Shown here one piece after another: positions 9,044 through 16,314 of a DNA stretch of 43,365 bases; the first letter of the stretch is position 1, and each line of letters opens with the position of its first letter. The notes under the pieces were generated by a model. It was not told the DNA's origin. It ran no database searches and was given only the letters and a program-made list of their open reading frames with translations. Position numbers and translations under genes: made by a program. Where the stretch lies: the IMG/VR virus record IMGVR_UViG_3300042863_001217; one strand, given 5' to 3'. The stretch is from a virus. Taxonomy: Duplodnaviria > Heunggongvirae > Uroviricota > Caudoviricetes.

Positions 9044-9124
9044 TAGTCAAGGTAGGACTCGAACCTACAACAATACAACCATAAAGGGTGACATAACCAT
9101 TTTGCCATTACGTATTACTTGACT
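9044..9124 (-). tRNA. non-canonical tRNA-like element (81 nt, aberrant D and anticodon region)
   Basis: Acceptor AGTCAAG/CTTGACT, T arm GTAGG-TTCGAGT-CCTAC, 3' ACAA; the interior does not fold as a standard cloverleaf. Confidence 0.5.
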
Positions 9125-9321
9125 CCAACTTATCGACCTGTGTCTTTCGGGGTTTCTGATTGAGTGCAATGAGTGAGCCCTTCCTACTGTAAACCCTTAT
9201 TCGGAAATTAATACACTCTACTTCTCAATTAACAGCAAGCATCGATAAGTAATCCAGTCTGACCTTCCAGACAGTACATGTCACAATTAATTTGGCGCCG
9301 TGTTATGTAGTGGATTTGGGT

Positions 9322-9348
9322 ATTATATTATAAACCTTTAAAAAGTTT
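9322..9348 (-). promoter_or_regulatory. class B promoter (AAAC-N17-TATAAT) for the ncRNA region
   Basis: Exact 17-bp spacer; the predicted start site falls close to the 5' strand of the first helix. Confidence 0.65.
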
Positions 9349-9928
9349 AAATCATAATATCTTTATATTCTGGTTTCCATTCTAACCAAGGTGTATCAAT
9401 TGCTTTCAACATTGTTAGATATTTCCAGTGCATAAATAACTTACGCTCGTTCCAATCTTCATACTTCTTAATCAGATCCGATTGTTTTTCAATTTCAGCT
9501 TTATAAACATCTGCCTTTTCCGTAAGCTTAGTAAAATCATTATCTAATTTTACCATTCTTTTTACAGCTTTTTCAGTTGATAAACCCTGTACTGATAATG
9601 AAACTATCAATTCTTTAAGATTAACTATTTTATCAATCATAGAATTTAGAGTTGGAACACACGCATTATAAGAAGTCTTTGCAGAATCTAGATGTATTTT
9701 AAAACGATCATAGTTTCCTTGTAATTCTTTGTCTGCTAGATCCTCGTGAATCAATTGAGTAACATCAATACCATAATACTTGTCGAAATCATCTCCACCT
9801 GGAAGTGGCGCTTTAGTTGCCAAACCTGCAATTTCTTTGTCTTTAGTTTCTGACAAAATTGCAACGTAACAATTAGCTCGTTGAGTTTCCAATAAATCTT
9901 TAACCTGTTTTTCAGTGTATAGTTTCAT
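9347..9928 (-). CDS. hypothetical coiled-coil protein
   Basis: 193-aa ORF with a helical central region. Confidence 0.75.
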   Translation of the reverse strand: MKLYTEKQVKDLLETQRANCYVAILSETKDKEIAGLATKAPLPGGDDFDKYYGIDVTQLIHEDLADKELQGNYDRFKIHLDSAKTSYNACVPTLNSMIDKIVNLKELIVSLSVQGLSTEKAVKRMVKLDNDFTKLTEKADVYKAEIEKQSDLIKKYEDWNERKLFMHWKYLTMLKAIDTPWLEWKPEYKDIMI

Positions 9929-9932
9929 AATT

Positions 9933-10172
9933 TTATTTTGTGTAATTTCTATCTAATAAATCATGCCATGTTAGGACTCCAACTAAATGTGGAATTGAAT
10001 ATGAATCTGTGTTCATTTCCCAATCTCCATCGAAATTAGTAAATTGAATCATATAACAATCCTCTAATATTGTTACCAAACATTTATCATTGGCCCATTT
10101 ATTAGGACCAACATTCTTAAACGAGTTTCTCTCTAAGAAACTATCTGCATATGGATTTATAATTGCTTCCAT
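9933..10172 (-). CDS. hypothetical protein
   Basis: 79-aa ORF coupled to its neighbours. Confidence 0.7.
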   Translation of the reverse strand: MEAIINPYADSFLERNSFKNVGPNKWANDKCLVTILEDCYMIQFTNFDGDWEMNTDSYSIPHLVGVLTWHDLLDRNYTK

Positions 10173-10585
10173 TATAATTTAACTTCAAAACGATCTCTCA
10201 TTCTTGTTAGTGCCTCATCTGGAACACCGTGTTGGTTTACACCACCGTGTCTATTTTCTACAATTACAGTAAAGACCATATAACCATATTGTTTGGCTAA
10301 GTCAATATATGCCTGCATTTCCCATTCTTGTGTGAACGTATTTGATACCGCGATCTCTCTGTAGAATTGATCATTGACCAGAGAATCTTTCATGTAGGTT
10401 TCTACAAGATTTCTACAAGATTCGTGGGCTTCCTTTAATTTAGATCCATCAAATTTATATTCTCCGTCAACCATAAAATACTTGTCAGCTTCACAAACTA
10501 AAAAGTCTGATCCAACCAAGTCTAATGCAAATGTAGATTTTCCAGATCCTGGCAATCCACGTACGATGTATAATTTTTTATTCAT
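10172..10585 (-). CDS. P-loop kinase (AAA_33, polynucleotide kinase-like); likely start MNKK at 10585
   Basis: IVRGLPGSGKSTFA Walker A, CEADKYF, VSNTF and NQHGVP motifs. Confidence 0.85.
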   Translation of the reverse strand: MNKKLYIVRGLPGSGKSTFALDLVGSDFLVCEADKYFMVDGEYKFDGSKLKEAHESCRNLVETYMKDSLVNDQFYREIAVSNTFTQEWEMQAYIDLAKQYGYMVFTVIVENRHGGVNQHGVPDEALTRMRDRFEVKL

Positions 10586-10727
10586 AATATTGTTGTTTTT
10601 GTGATTCGTAATATTCCTCTTCGGTGATTGGTCTCTTGTCATAAATTGCCTGAGCAACTATAAAACCAAGACAAAATCCTGTTAGTAATATTATCAAAAT
10701 AATCCAATTTGTTTCTTTATTTTCCAT
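10578..10727 (-). CDS. small single-TM membrane protein (49 aa, not in the ORF track)
   Basis: Manual translation MENKETNWIILIILLTGFCLGFIVAQAIYDKRPITEEEYYESQKQQYYE; fills the gap with short overlaps at both ends. Confidence 0.6.
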   Translation of the reverse strand: MENKETNWIILIILLTGFCLGFIVAQAIYDKRPITEEEYYESQKQQYYE

Positions 10728-10935
10728 ATTTTCTAATTCCAGTTACGAGTACATATTTATAGGTACCATATTCATTAAACCAATGTTGAATGAATTCTAT
10801 GTCATAATCATTTTGCGTTCCGTCAGGATTTGCCATTGATATTATTTCACCCTTTATGGGCTTTTCCATATTGAGTTCAAAGTCATGTTCTGTACGACCT
10901 TGATGCATTAAAATTAATCTAACTGATGTTAACAT
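10717..10935 (-). CDS. hypothetical protein
   Basis: 72-aa ORF following a class A promoter. Confidence 0.65.
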   Translation of the reverse strand: MLTSVRLILMHQGRTEHDFELNMEKPIKGEIISMANPDGTQNDYDIEFIQHWFNEYGTYKYVLVTGIRKYGK

Positions 10936-10957
10936 GTATATGTGTTTTAATTATAAG

Positions 10958-11015
10958 GCTAATATACAAATAATATTTGAAATAAAAAAGCTTTTTAGCA
11001 AAAAGTTACGAACAA
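10958..11015 (-). promoter_or_regulatory. class A tripartite promoter motif
   Basis: Full copy (middle box TTTCAA) with identical spacing. Confidence 0.7.
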
Positions 11016-11067
11016 AATGAATAAATATTCCGTTATCCTAATGTAACTAAAAATATAATAAAGTGTT

Positions 11068-11211
11068 GTGGCAAAAGTAAAACAATCTACAGGTGGAGCA
11101 TTCGATAAAAGCTCTAGATCAAAACGACCAGGTGTACATTCTAAGAAAAAGAATTCAGTCCACAAAAAAGGCAAAAACTATAATAAAAAATATAGAGGCC
11201 AAGGTAAATAA
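11068..11211 (+). CDS. small highly basic protein ending KKYRGQGK (47 aa, GTG start)
   Basis: Manual translation MAKVKQSTGGAFDKSSRSKRPGVHSKKKNSVHKKGKNYNKKYRGQGK, followed at once by a plus-strand terminator. Confidence 0.75.
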   Translation: MAKVKQSTGGAFDKSSRSKRPGVHSKKKNSVHKKGKNYNKKYRGQGK

Positions 11212-11215
11212 TTAG

Positions 11216-11240
11216 AGAAGCGACATTGTCGCTTCTTTTT
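11216..11240 (+). terminator. intrinsic terminator between convergent genes
   Basis: Perfect 9-bp stem AGAAGCGAC/GTCGCTTCT followed by TTTT. Confidence 0.75.
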
Positions 11241-11241
11241 A

Positions 11242-11985
11242 TTAGAAAGGTATCTCATCAATTATAGGCATTCCCGCTATTCTTAGTAAGACGTTAGCTG
11301 TAGCTTTAATATCCTTTTCACAGTAAGTTTTAATCTCTTCTAACTTACCATCCCAATAATACTCATTAACTTCTGGTCCACTCATTGCATCTTTAGGTGA
11401 AGGAATACCTAATAGTTCTGAAATCAGTCCTAATTTGGCAGTGTTATATCCACCGAATTTCCAAACATCTTGTGTATCCAATAAACAGTTTTCCCATGGT
11501 TTTTGTTTATGTAAATGAAATGCTTGTGGAATTGCAACTCCATGAATTAATGCACGTTTAATAATATATGGTAAATCAAAACCTTTTATATTATGACCAA
11601 CCCATTGCATCTTAGGATATTTTACCATGATCTTTGCTGCAGTTTGTAGAAAGTCTTTAAGCATTTGCTTTTCATCATGACTTGAATATGATACCGCTTT
11701 GAAATCATTAGGAAATCCTGTTTCATCAAACTTCAATTGACCCATCGAAATACAAACTATTTTACCCCATTCAGGATATAAACCTGCCATACGAGACCAC
11801 ATTTTGTGTGGATCTGTAAAGTCTTTAAGAGTTTCTGGTTGTGCTTCTACTAATTGACTAGTCTTTATATTCCAATACTCTTCGAGAACGGGATTCTCAT
11901 CTATTAGTTCCTGGAATGTTTGTTTCTGTGTACTAGTTTCGATGTCTATAAAGATCATCTGTTGAATTTCGCTTAGTGTATACAT
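11242..11985 (-). CDS. DEDD 3'-5' exonuclease (PolB-exonuclease-related family)
   Basis: FIDIETS (ExoI), HNIKGFDLPY (ExoII) and YCEKD (ExoIII). Confidence 0.88.
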   Translation of the reverse strand: MYTLSEIQQMIFIDIETSTQKQTFQELIDENPVLEEYWNIKTSQLVEAQPETLKDFTDPHKMWSRMAGLYPEWGKIVCISMGQLKFDETGFPNDFKAVSYSSHDEKQMLKDFLQTAAKIMVKYPKMQWVGHNIKGFDLPYIIKRALIHGVAIPQAFHLHKQKPWENCLLDTQDVWKFGGYNTAKLGLISELLGIPSPKDAMSGPEVNEYYWDGKLEEIKTYCEKDIKATANVLLRIAGMPIIDEIPF

Positions 11986-12011
11986 GTTAATGTCGTTTAT
12001 CGTTTAAACCT

Positions 12012-12042
12012 AAAAAAACGTCTAAGGATTAACTTAGACGTT
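12012..12042 (-). terminator. intrinsic terminator-like hairpin
   Basis: 10-bp stem AACGTCTAAG/CTTAGACGTT with a T-run on the minus strand. Confidence 0.65.
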
Positions 12043-12043
12043 C

Positions 12044-12070
12044 TTTATACATGTGTTTTCGAAAAGGTTT
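12044..12070 (-). promoter_or_regulatory. class B promoter (AAAC-N17-TATAAA)
   Basis: Exact 17-bp spacer, upstream of the exonuclease. Confidence 0.55.
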
Positions 12071-12182
12071 ATTTCTTTTTTGTAATAAACTGCCAAATGA
12101 TACCTAAGAAAGTATCTGCTTTGTACTTGATTCCTTTATGATTTAAAAGGAATGCTTTCATTTCTGTTTGTTGTTTTTTCAT
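12069..12182 (-). CDS. possible 37-aa protein
   Basis: Manual translation MKKQQTEMKAFLLNHKGIKYKADTFLGIIWQFITKKK; fills the gap after 12187..12426. Confidence 0.45.
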   Translation of the reverse strand: MKKQQTEMKAFLLNHKGIKYKADTFLGIIWQFITKKK

Positions 12183-12186
12183 ATTA

Positions 12187-12426
12187 TTAATTTATCCAAC
12201 CTGGTGCTTCGTCCCAATTTCTATTAGAGGATAAATGAGAATAAGAATCATAAGTCAATGAAATCATAACATATCCACCAGTAATTGATGTAGGCACTGA
12301 AGCCTCATTTAACCAATAATGCGGAGCTTTATTGATGCGCATGTTTAAGAAGTCGAATAACTCATCGACTTGCATATGGTGTACCCACACATTAATAATC
12401 ATACAACTCATATTAGCTTCTGCCAT
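12187..12426 (-). CDS. hypothetical protein
   Basis: 79-aa ORF preceded by a GATAAATA motif at 12446-12453. Confidence 0.7.
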   Translation of the reverse strand: MAEANMSCMIINVWVHHMQVDELFDFLNMRINKAPHYWLNEASVPTSITGGYVMISLTYDSYSHLSSNRNWDEAPGWIN

Positions 12427-12487
12427 AATTTTATTTATTAGGTTCTATTTATCTTTTTAATTAATTGGAAATAGTCCAAGTTTATTT

Positions 12488-13441
12488 TTATTTTTCTACA
12501 GTGAATCTATCTCCGCCATCTAATTCGGCAGATCTTTTAATCATGTAGTCCGCTAACTCTTGGAGTTTAGCATCTGTTTCTGCATCTACTTTTCTACCAT
12601 AGAAATCTTCAAACAACACTCTATAAATATCTACAGTTGAATCAAAGGGTACACCTGGCATTGAATTAGATTCAATGATATAAAGTTTCCCATCTTGATC
12701 TTCCATAATATCAAAGCAAATATAAGGTAAATCAGAAAAGATCTTACCAAATTTTGCTATTAATGTATTGAATTTTTCAGGAGTTTTAGATACGTCTTTT
12801 TTAATGTAATCAAACATCATCTTTTCTTTTCCGTCACCATCGCCAGTCTTAGCTTTATCATTAGTAGGTTGTCTCTCTTGCCAAAAGAAAGGTTTGCCTT
12901 TAAATGTAAAGAATCTATGTTCACTCTTTTTATCAATGTATTGTGAATACACATCTAACTTATCGTGATCTGCCGCGTCAAAGTCTTTTTGATTTTTAAT
13001 TACGGTAATTCCTAAACCAGAGTGACCTTCAGTTGGTTTTGCAATCATAGGAAATCCTACTTCTTTAATTGCATCTTCTGTTTTCAAACAAGTCTTTGGT
13101 ATATTCTCGTCACCATCAACTATTTTGTGAAACTCTGCTTTAGATCCTGAATTTACAATAAATTCAGGTTTATTATATACATTTTCTGGATTAATTAAAT
13201 CTTCATCTATTAAAGTTTGTACAACTTTGCTATTATAAGTTAAAACCGGGAAATCCTTATTGATTGTGATTTTTTTATAATTTTCAGGTGTCAATCTGAT
13301 GAAGAATTTATCTGCAGCGAAATCTTTATAAGACCAAAATCTATGGCCTAAATCTGGATTATACGCTAAATAAATCTTATTTAGATCTTGAGGTCCTTTA
13401 GCCTCGTTTAAGAAATCTTCGAATTTGTGTATTGCTCTCAT
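12488..13441 (-). CDS. ATP-grasp (RimK-like) ligase
   Basis: FPMIAKPTEGHSGLGI, SQYID..EHRF and CFDIMEDQDGKLYIIESNSMPG. Confidence 0.8.
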   Translation of the reverse strand: MRAIHKFEDFLNEAKGPQDLNKIYLAYNPDLGHRFWSYKDFAADKFFIRLTPENYKKITINKDFPVLTYNSKVVQTLIDEDLINPENVYNKPEFIVNSGSKAEFHKIVDGDENIPKTCLKTEDAIKEVGFPMIAKPTEGHSGLGITVIKNQKDFDAADHDKLDVYSQYIDKKSEHRFFTFKGKPFFWQERQPTNDKAKTGDGDGKEKMMFDYIKKDVSKTPEKFNTLIAKFGKIFSDLPYICFDIMEDQDGKLYIIESNSMPGVPFDSTVDIYRVLFEDFYGRKVDAETDAKLQELADYMIKRSAELDGGDRFTVEK

Positions 13442-13451
13442 CTAATATATA

Positions 13452-13880
13452 TCAATCTTTAAATACTTCAATGGTAACTTTCTTTTCTATTAGTTCTGAC
13501 CATACACCATTATATCTGGTACCTCTTACAATGTGATTGTCAATCCAGTGATAATTACCTCCTCGAGGTTTCCCCATTAATAAACCATGATATTTAAAAC
13601 CATGCTTATTTAACCAAGTTTCAGTAATATCTCTAGTCTCTTCGGTTCTTGAAGTAAAAAATGTAATGATGTGTCCTTCATTAAACCATCCGTTTAAAGT
13701 TTCTGCAGCACCATCATATGGTAATACAACTGACATTCTTTCTGGTTCTTCGTTAGGTACATCATCTGTAATTGTACCATCAATATCAATCAAATAGTTT
13801 TTGCATCCAGGATTTAATACTGGTGAAACTAAATGTCCATCATCTCCGATGGTTTGATTAAATGTAATCTCTTTTTTCAT
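13452..13880 (-). CDS. HAD-superfamily phosphatase
   Basis: YLIDIDGT motif I, FFTSR motif II, MGKPRG and WIDN. Confidence 0.8.
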   Translation of the reverse strand: MKKEITFNQTIGDDGHLVSPVLNPGCKNYLIDIDGTITDDVPNEEPERMSVVLPYDGAAETLNGWFNEGHIITFFTSRTEETRDITETWLNKHGFKYHGLLMGKPRGGNYHWIDNHIVRGTRYNGVWSELIEKKVTIEVFKD

Positions 13881-13896
13881 TTTTATATTTAATTAA

Positions 13897-15231
13897 TTAA
13901 TTCTCTTTTCTCATAAACGATACACAAACATATCTTTTACCTGCTGTTATTGGTCTAGCTCCGTGTAAATGTGTGACCATGCCTGGATGTAATGTTGCTG
14001 TTCCAACTTTTCTTGGATTTGATAGTGTTTTGTATTTAGGAAACCATGTTCCACCACCATCAAACTCGTCATTCAATTTTACAACCATAGTAACATGACT
14101 GAAATCATGATGTAAGCTCAAGTGAGATTGACGATCTGTTGTGTATCTTGCCATAAAGTTTTCACTAAACATTGTTGACCAACCTTGACCATCTAATCTC
14201 CATAAATGAATACAAATAGGATATACAACTTCTCTTAATACTCTACCATAAATTTGATCTAAACCAAGTTCGGGTAATAAGACATCATTTGTTGGATAAA
14301 ATTCATGTCTGTCTAGTGTCCACTTATCTAGAGTCTCTGCTAAAGCTACTGCTTCTTTACAGAATTTATCAGTGAATAATGGAAACTCGTAGATATTATT
14401 ACCAATATCATCTATCATTAAGTCATATTCACCCTTAGATAATGTATGATTTAAATATTTAGATTTCCATAATTCCCAATCTGAATCATCTAAGATTTCA
14501 AAATACGGTTGATTGCTTTCTTTCATTAGATTTATATTTGCACCAACAGGTTCTGTGTTAGATTCAGAATGTGGTCGATCTTGTTCTATAAAATTTACAG
14601 TAGGTGCTATTGCTTTAAGTTTAGGAGGAAATAGTTCTGCAATATCTTCACGTCTATGCTTTGTAAAAGTCGCTGTTAAAAATTCATCAGGCGTAATAAG
14701 ATTCTCCGTAAAATTATATTCATTTAACAATGTAAGTGCAGTGTTGTGTTTAATAATATATGCATGCGTATTATAACTACTTAACACTTCTACCCAATTA
14801 TGAGCAACTAATAATTCATCTCCTGGAAATAAAGCATGTCGACCTAGGAATGCAATATCGTATTCGACTTCTGGAATTATTGGATTATTAAATGATTTTA
14901 CTTTATGAAAATCATCTTCTAATATCAGTGCTACTTCAACTTTGTCATCTATGATTTTTTGCCAAATCATATGATGACTTATTGCACAACCTGTTTCACC
15001 TGGAGTTACTTCACGTTGCCACCAACCATTTGTGGTTTCATCTTTTAAATTCCAACCATTATATACAGAATATCCTGGTAATATTTCACCAGATCTTCCA
15101 TCAAATCCTTGAACAATTTCCCATGCAACTGCATATGGTAATTGCAAAGCATCGATCTTTTCTATTATTTTACCTTGAGCTTCAGGTTTATTAGCTTCTA
15201 AACTAATTATATAAATTTTATCTATTTTCAT
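13897..15231 (-). CDS. GT25 glycosyltransferase fused to a PLOD-like 2OG-Fe(II) lysyl hydroxylase domain
   Basis: N-terminal GT25 motifs (IYIISL, GFDG, GETGCAISH, LILEDD); C-terminal WKSKY..IYEFPLFTDKFC..PTND..NFMARY..LSLHHDFS..GGGTWF..LHPGMVTHLHG..GKRYVCVSF. Start at 15231 forms an ATGA overlap with the GT4 gene. Confidence 0.85.
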   Translation of the reverse strand: MKIDKIYIISLEANKPEAQGKIIEKIDALQLPYAVAWEIVQGFDGRSGEILPGYSVYNGWNLKDETTNGWWQREVTPGETGCAISHHMIWQKIIDDKVEVALILEDDFHKVKSFNNPIIPEVEYDIAFLGRHALFPGDELLVAHNWVEVLSSYNTHAYIIKHNTALTLLNEYNFTENLITPDEFLTATFTKHRREDIAELFPPKLKAIAPTVNFIEQDRPHSESNTEPVGANINLMKESNQPYFEILDDSDWELWKSKYLNHTLSKGEYDLMIDDIGNNIYEFPLFTDKFCKEAVALAETLDKWTLDRHEFYPTNDVLLPELGLDQIYGRVLREVVYPICIHLWRLDGQGWSTMFSENFMARYTTDRQSHLSLHHDFSHVTMVVKLNDEFDGGGTWFPKYKTLSNPRKVGTATLHPGMVTHLHGARPITAGKRYVCVSFMRKEN

Positions 15232-16247
15232 ATAGATTCTAATGTAGATTTCCAATCATAAGATCTAGCATTCCATGTTTGACATTTAGCCCATTGGAAA
15301 GCATCTTCAATTGCTTTGTTTTTAAGTTCATTACCTAGTGTGTCTAATATTTTTACGACTTGTTCCCAATTTGTTTCATGACGATCTAATATAATTCCAG
15401 AATTTACAGTCTCATTTAATGCTGCAATATTTGTAACTATAGGAAGTACCTTAGCGTATTGCATTTCTAGTGCAGTGATACAATAAGTCTCTTCATAATC
15501 TGTTATGTAGCACCAATATTCTGATCTTAACATTGCGTTATGTAAGATTTCTTGATTAACAGAACCGTGGAATTTTATTCCCATGCTTTTGTTGTAATGA
15601 CTATCATCAATATCTGTAATTGCATATGCTGGTGAAAACACATCTAATGTAGCATGTGGCATTATTCTTTTAATCGTGTGCCAATTCTCCAATAATTCCT
15701 TTAAACCCCGTTCTGCTGCTGAACTATATATGAATTTACCTTTTATTTTTTCAGGGTTGCCATAGAAGGTAGACAAGTCTATACCGTTTCCAATGACAGA
15801 TATTTTATCTAGTGGTATATTATATGCATTTGACCATTGATTCTTATGCCAATTAGTTAAACATATTGTATGATCCACTTGTTGTATTAATTGGTCAGCA
15901 TCTTGTAATTCTATACCATTAAACCACGGATGATGATGTGTATTATGTGCCCAAAATATCTTCTTAGCATTGTACCCTTTAAATTCTTTTAGGAAATGAA
16001 TATAACTTGCTGAAACAATAAAATCAAATTGATCAAAGTATTTGTTATGTAAATCATTAGTTGAAATCCATTCTACTCCATCGATTAATCCTGAATTATT
16101 AACTTCGCCTGAAACAACAACTTTATAACCAAACTTAACCATCTCTTTGGCTAATTTAATTATAGATACTTCTGTTCCACCGAGACCATATGTAGTGTTA
16201 CCATCGAATCCATGGCTTTGATAACCCGCATAAATTAGTAGTTTCAT
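15228..16247 (-). CDS. GT4-family (GT-B) glycosyltransferase
   Basis: GLGGTE N-terminal motif, IGNGID, YSSAAERGL and EETYCITALE (EX7E). Confidence 0.88.
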   Translation of the reverse strand: MKLLIYAGYQSHGFDGNTTYGLGGTEVSIIKLAKEMVKFGYKVVVSGEVNNSGLIDGVEWISTNDLHNKYFDQFDFIVSASYIHFLKEFKGYNAKKIFWAHNTHHHPWFNGIELQDADQLIQQVDHTICLTNWHKNQWSNAYNIPLDKISVIGNGIDLSTFYGNPEKIKGKFIYSSAAERGLKELLENWHTIKRIMPHATLDVFSPAYAITDIDDSHYNKSMGIKFHGSVNQEILHNAMLRSEYWCYITDYEETYCITALEMQYAKVLPIVTNIAALNETVNSGIILDRHETNWEQVVKILDTLGNELKNKAIEDAFQWAKCQTWNARSYDWKSTLESI

Positions 16248-16280
16248 TTAATTATAATATTATAATATATTTATCTAACT

Positions 16281-16308
16281 AAAAAAAACCTATATTTCTA
16301 TAGGTTTT
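16281..16308 (-). terminator. intrinsic terminator
   Basis: AAAACCTATA/TATAGGTTTT stem with a T-run. Confidence 0.6.
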
Positions 16309-16314
16309 AAATTG

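Larger units (their letters stand above)
8776..9316 (-). ncRNA. candidate large structured ncRNA containing both tRNA-like modules
   Basis: No ORF of 60 aa or more, more GC-rich than flanks, many helices (AATCCA/TGGATT, GTCTG/CAGAC, ACTTATCGA/TCGATAAGT, CTCTTG/CAAGAG, TCAGT/ACTGA), and its own class B promoter at 9322-9348. Confidence 0.55.

Noticed and set aside
9075-9095. CTTTATG as a possible UUA (ochre suppressor) anticodon loop
   Set aside because: The flanking stem does not pair as 5 bp and position 37 would be a pyrimidine; ORFs end normally at TAA.
8884-9316. Group I intron, RNase P RNA or tmRNA
   Set aside because: I could not find their conserved core motifs by eye, and no interrupted gene flanks the region; a covariance search is still warranted.
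10586-10657. N-terminal extension of the kinase ORF (MLRQF...)
   Set aside because: Overlaps a better 49-aa membrane ORF in another frame; MNKK at 10585 is the more plausible start.
13452-13880. HAD phosphatase called as kdsC
   Set aside because: Only generic HAD motifs are visible and it is far from kdsB and kdsD; substrate cannot be assigned.
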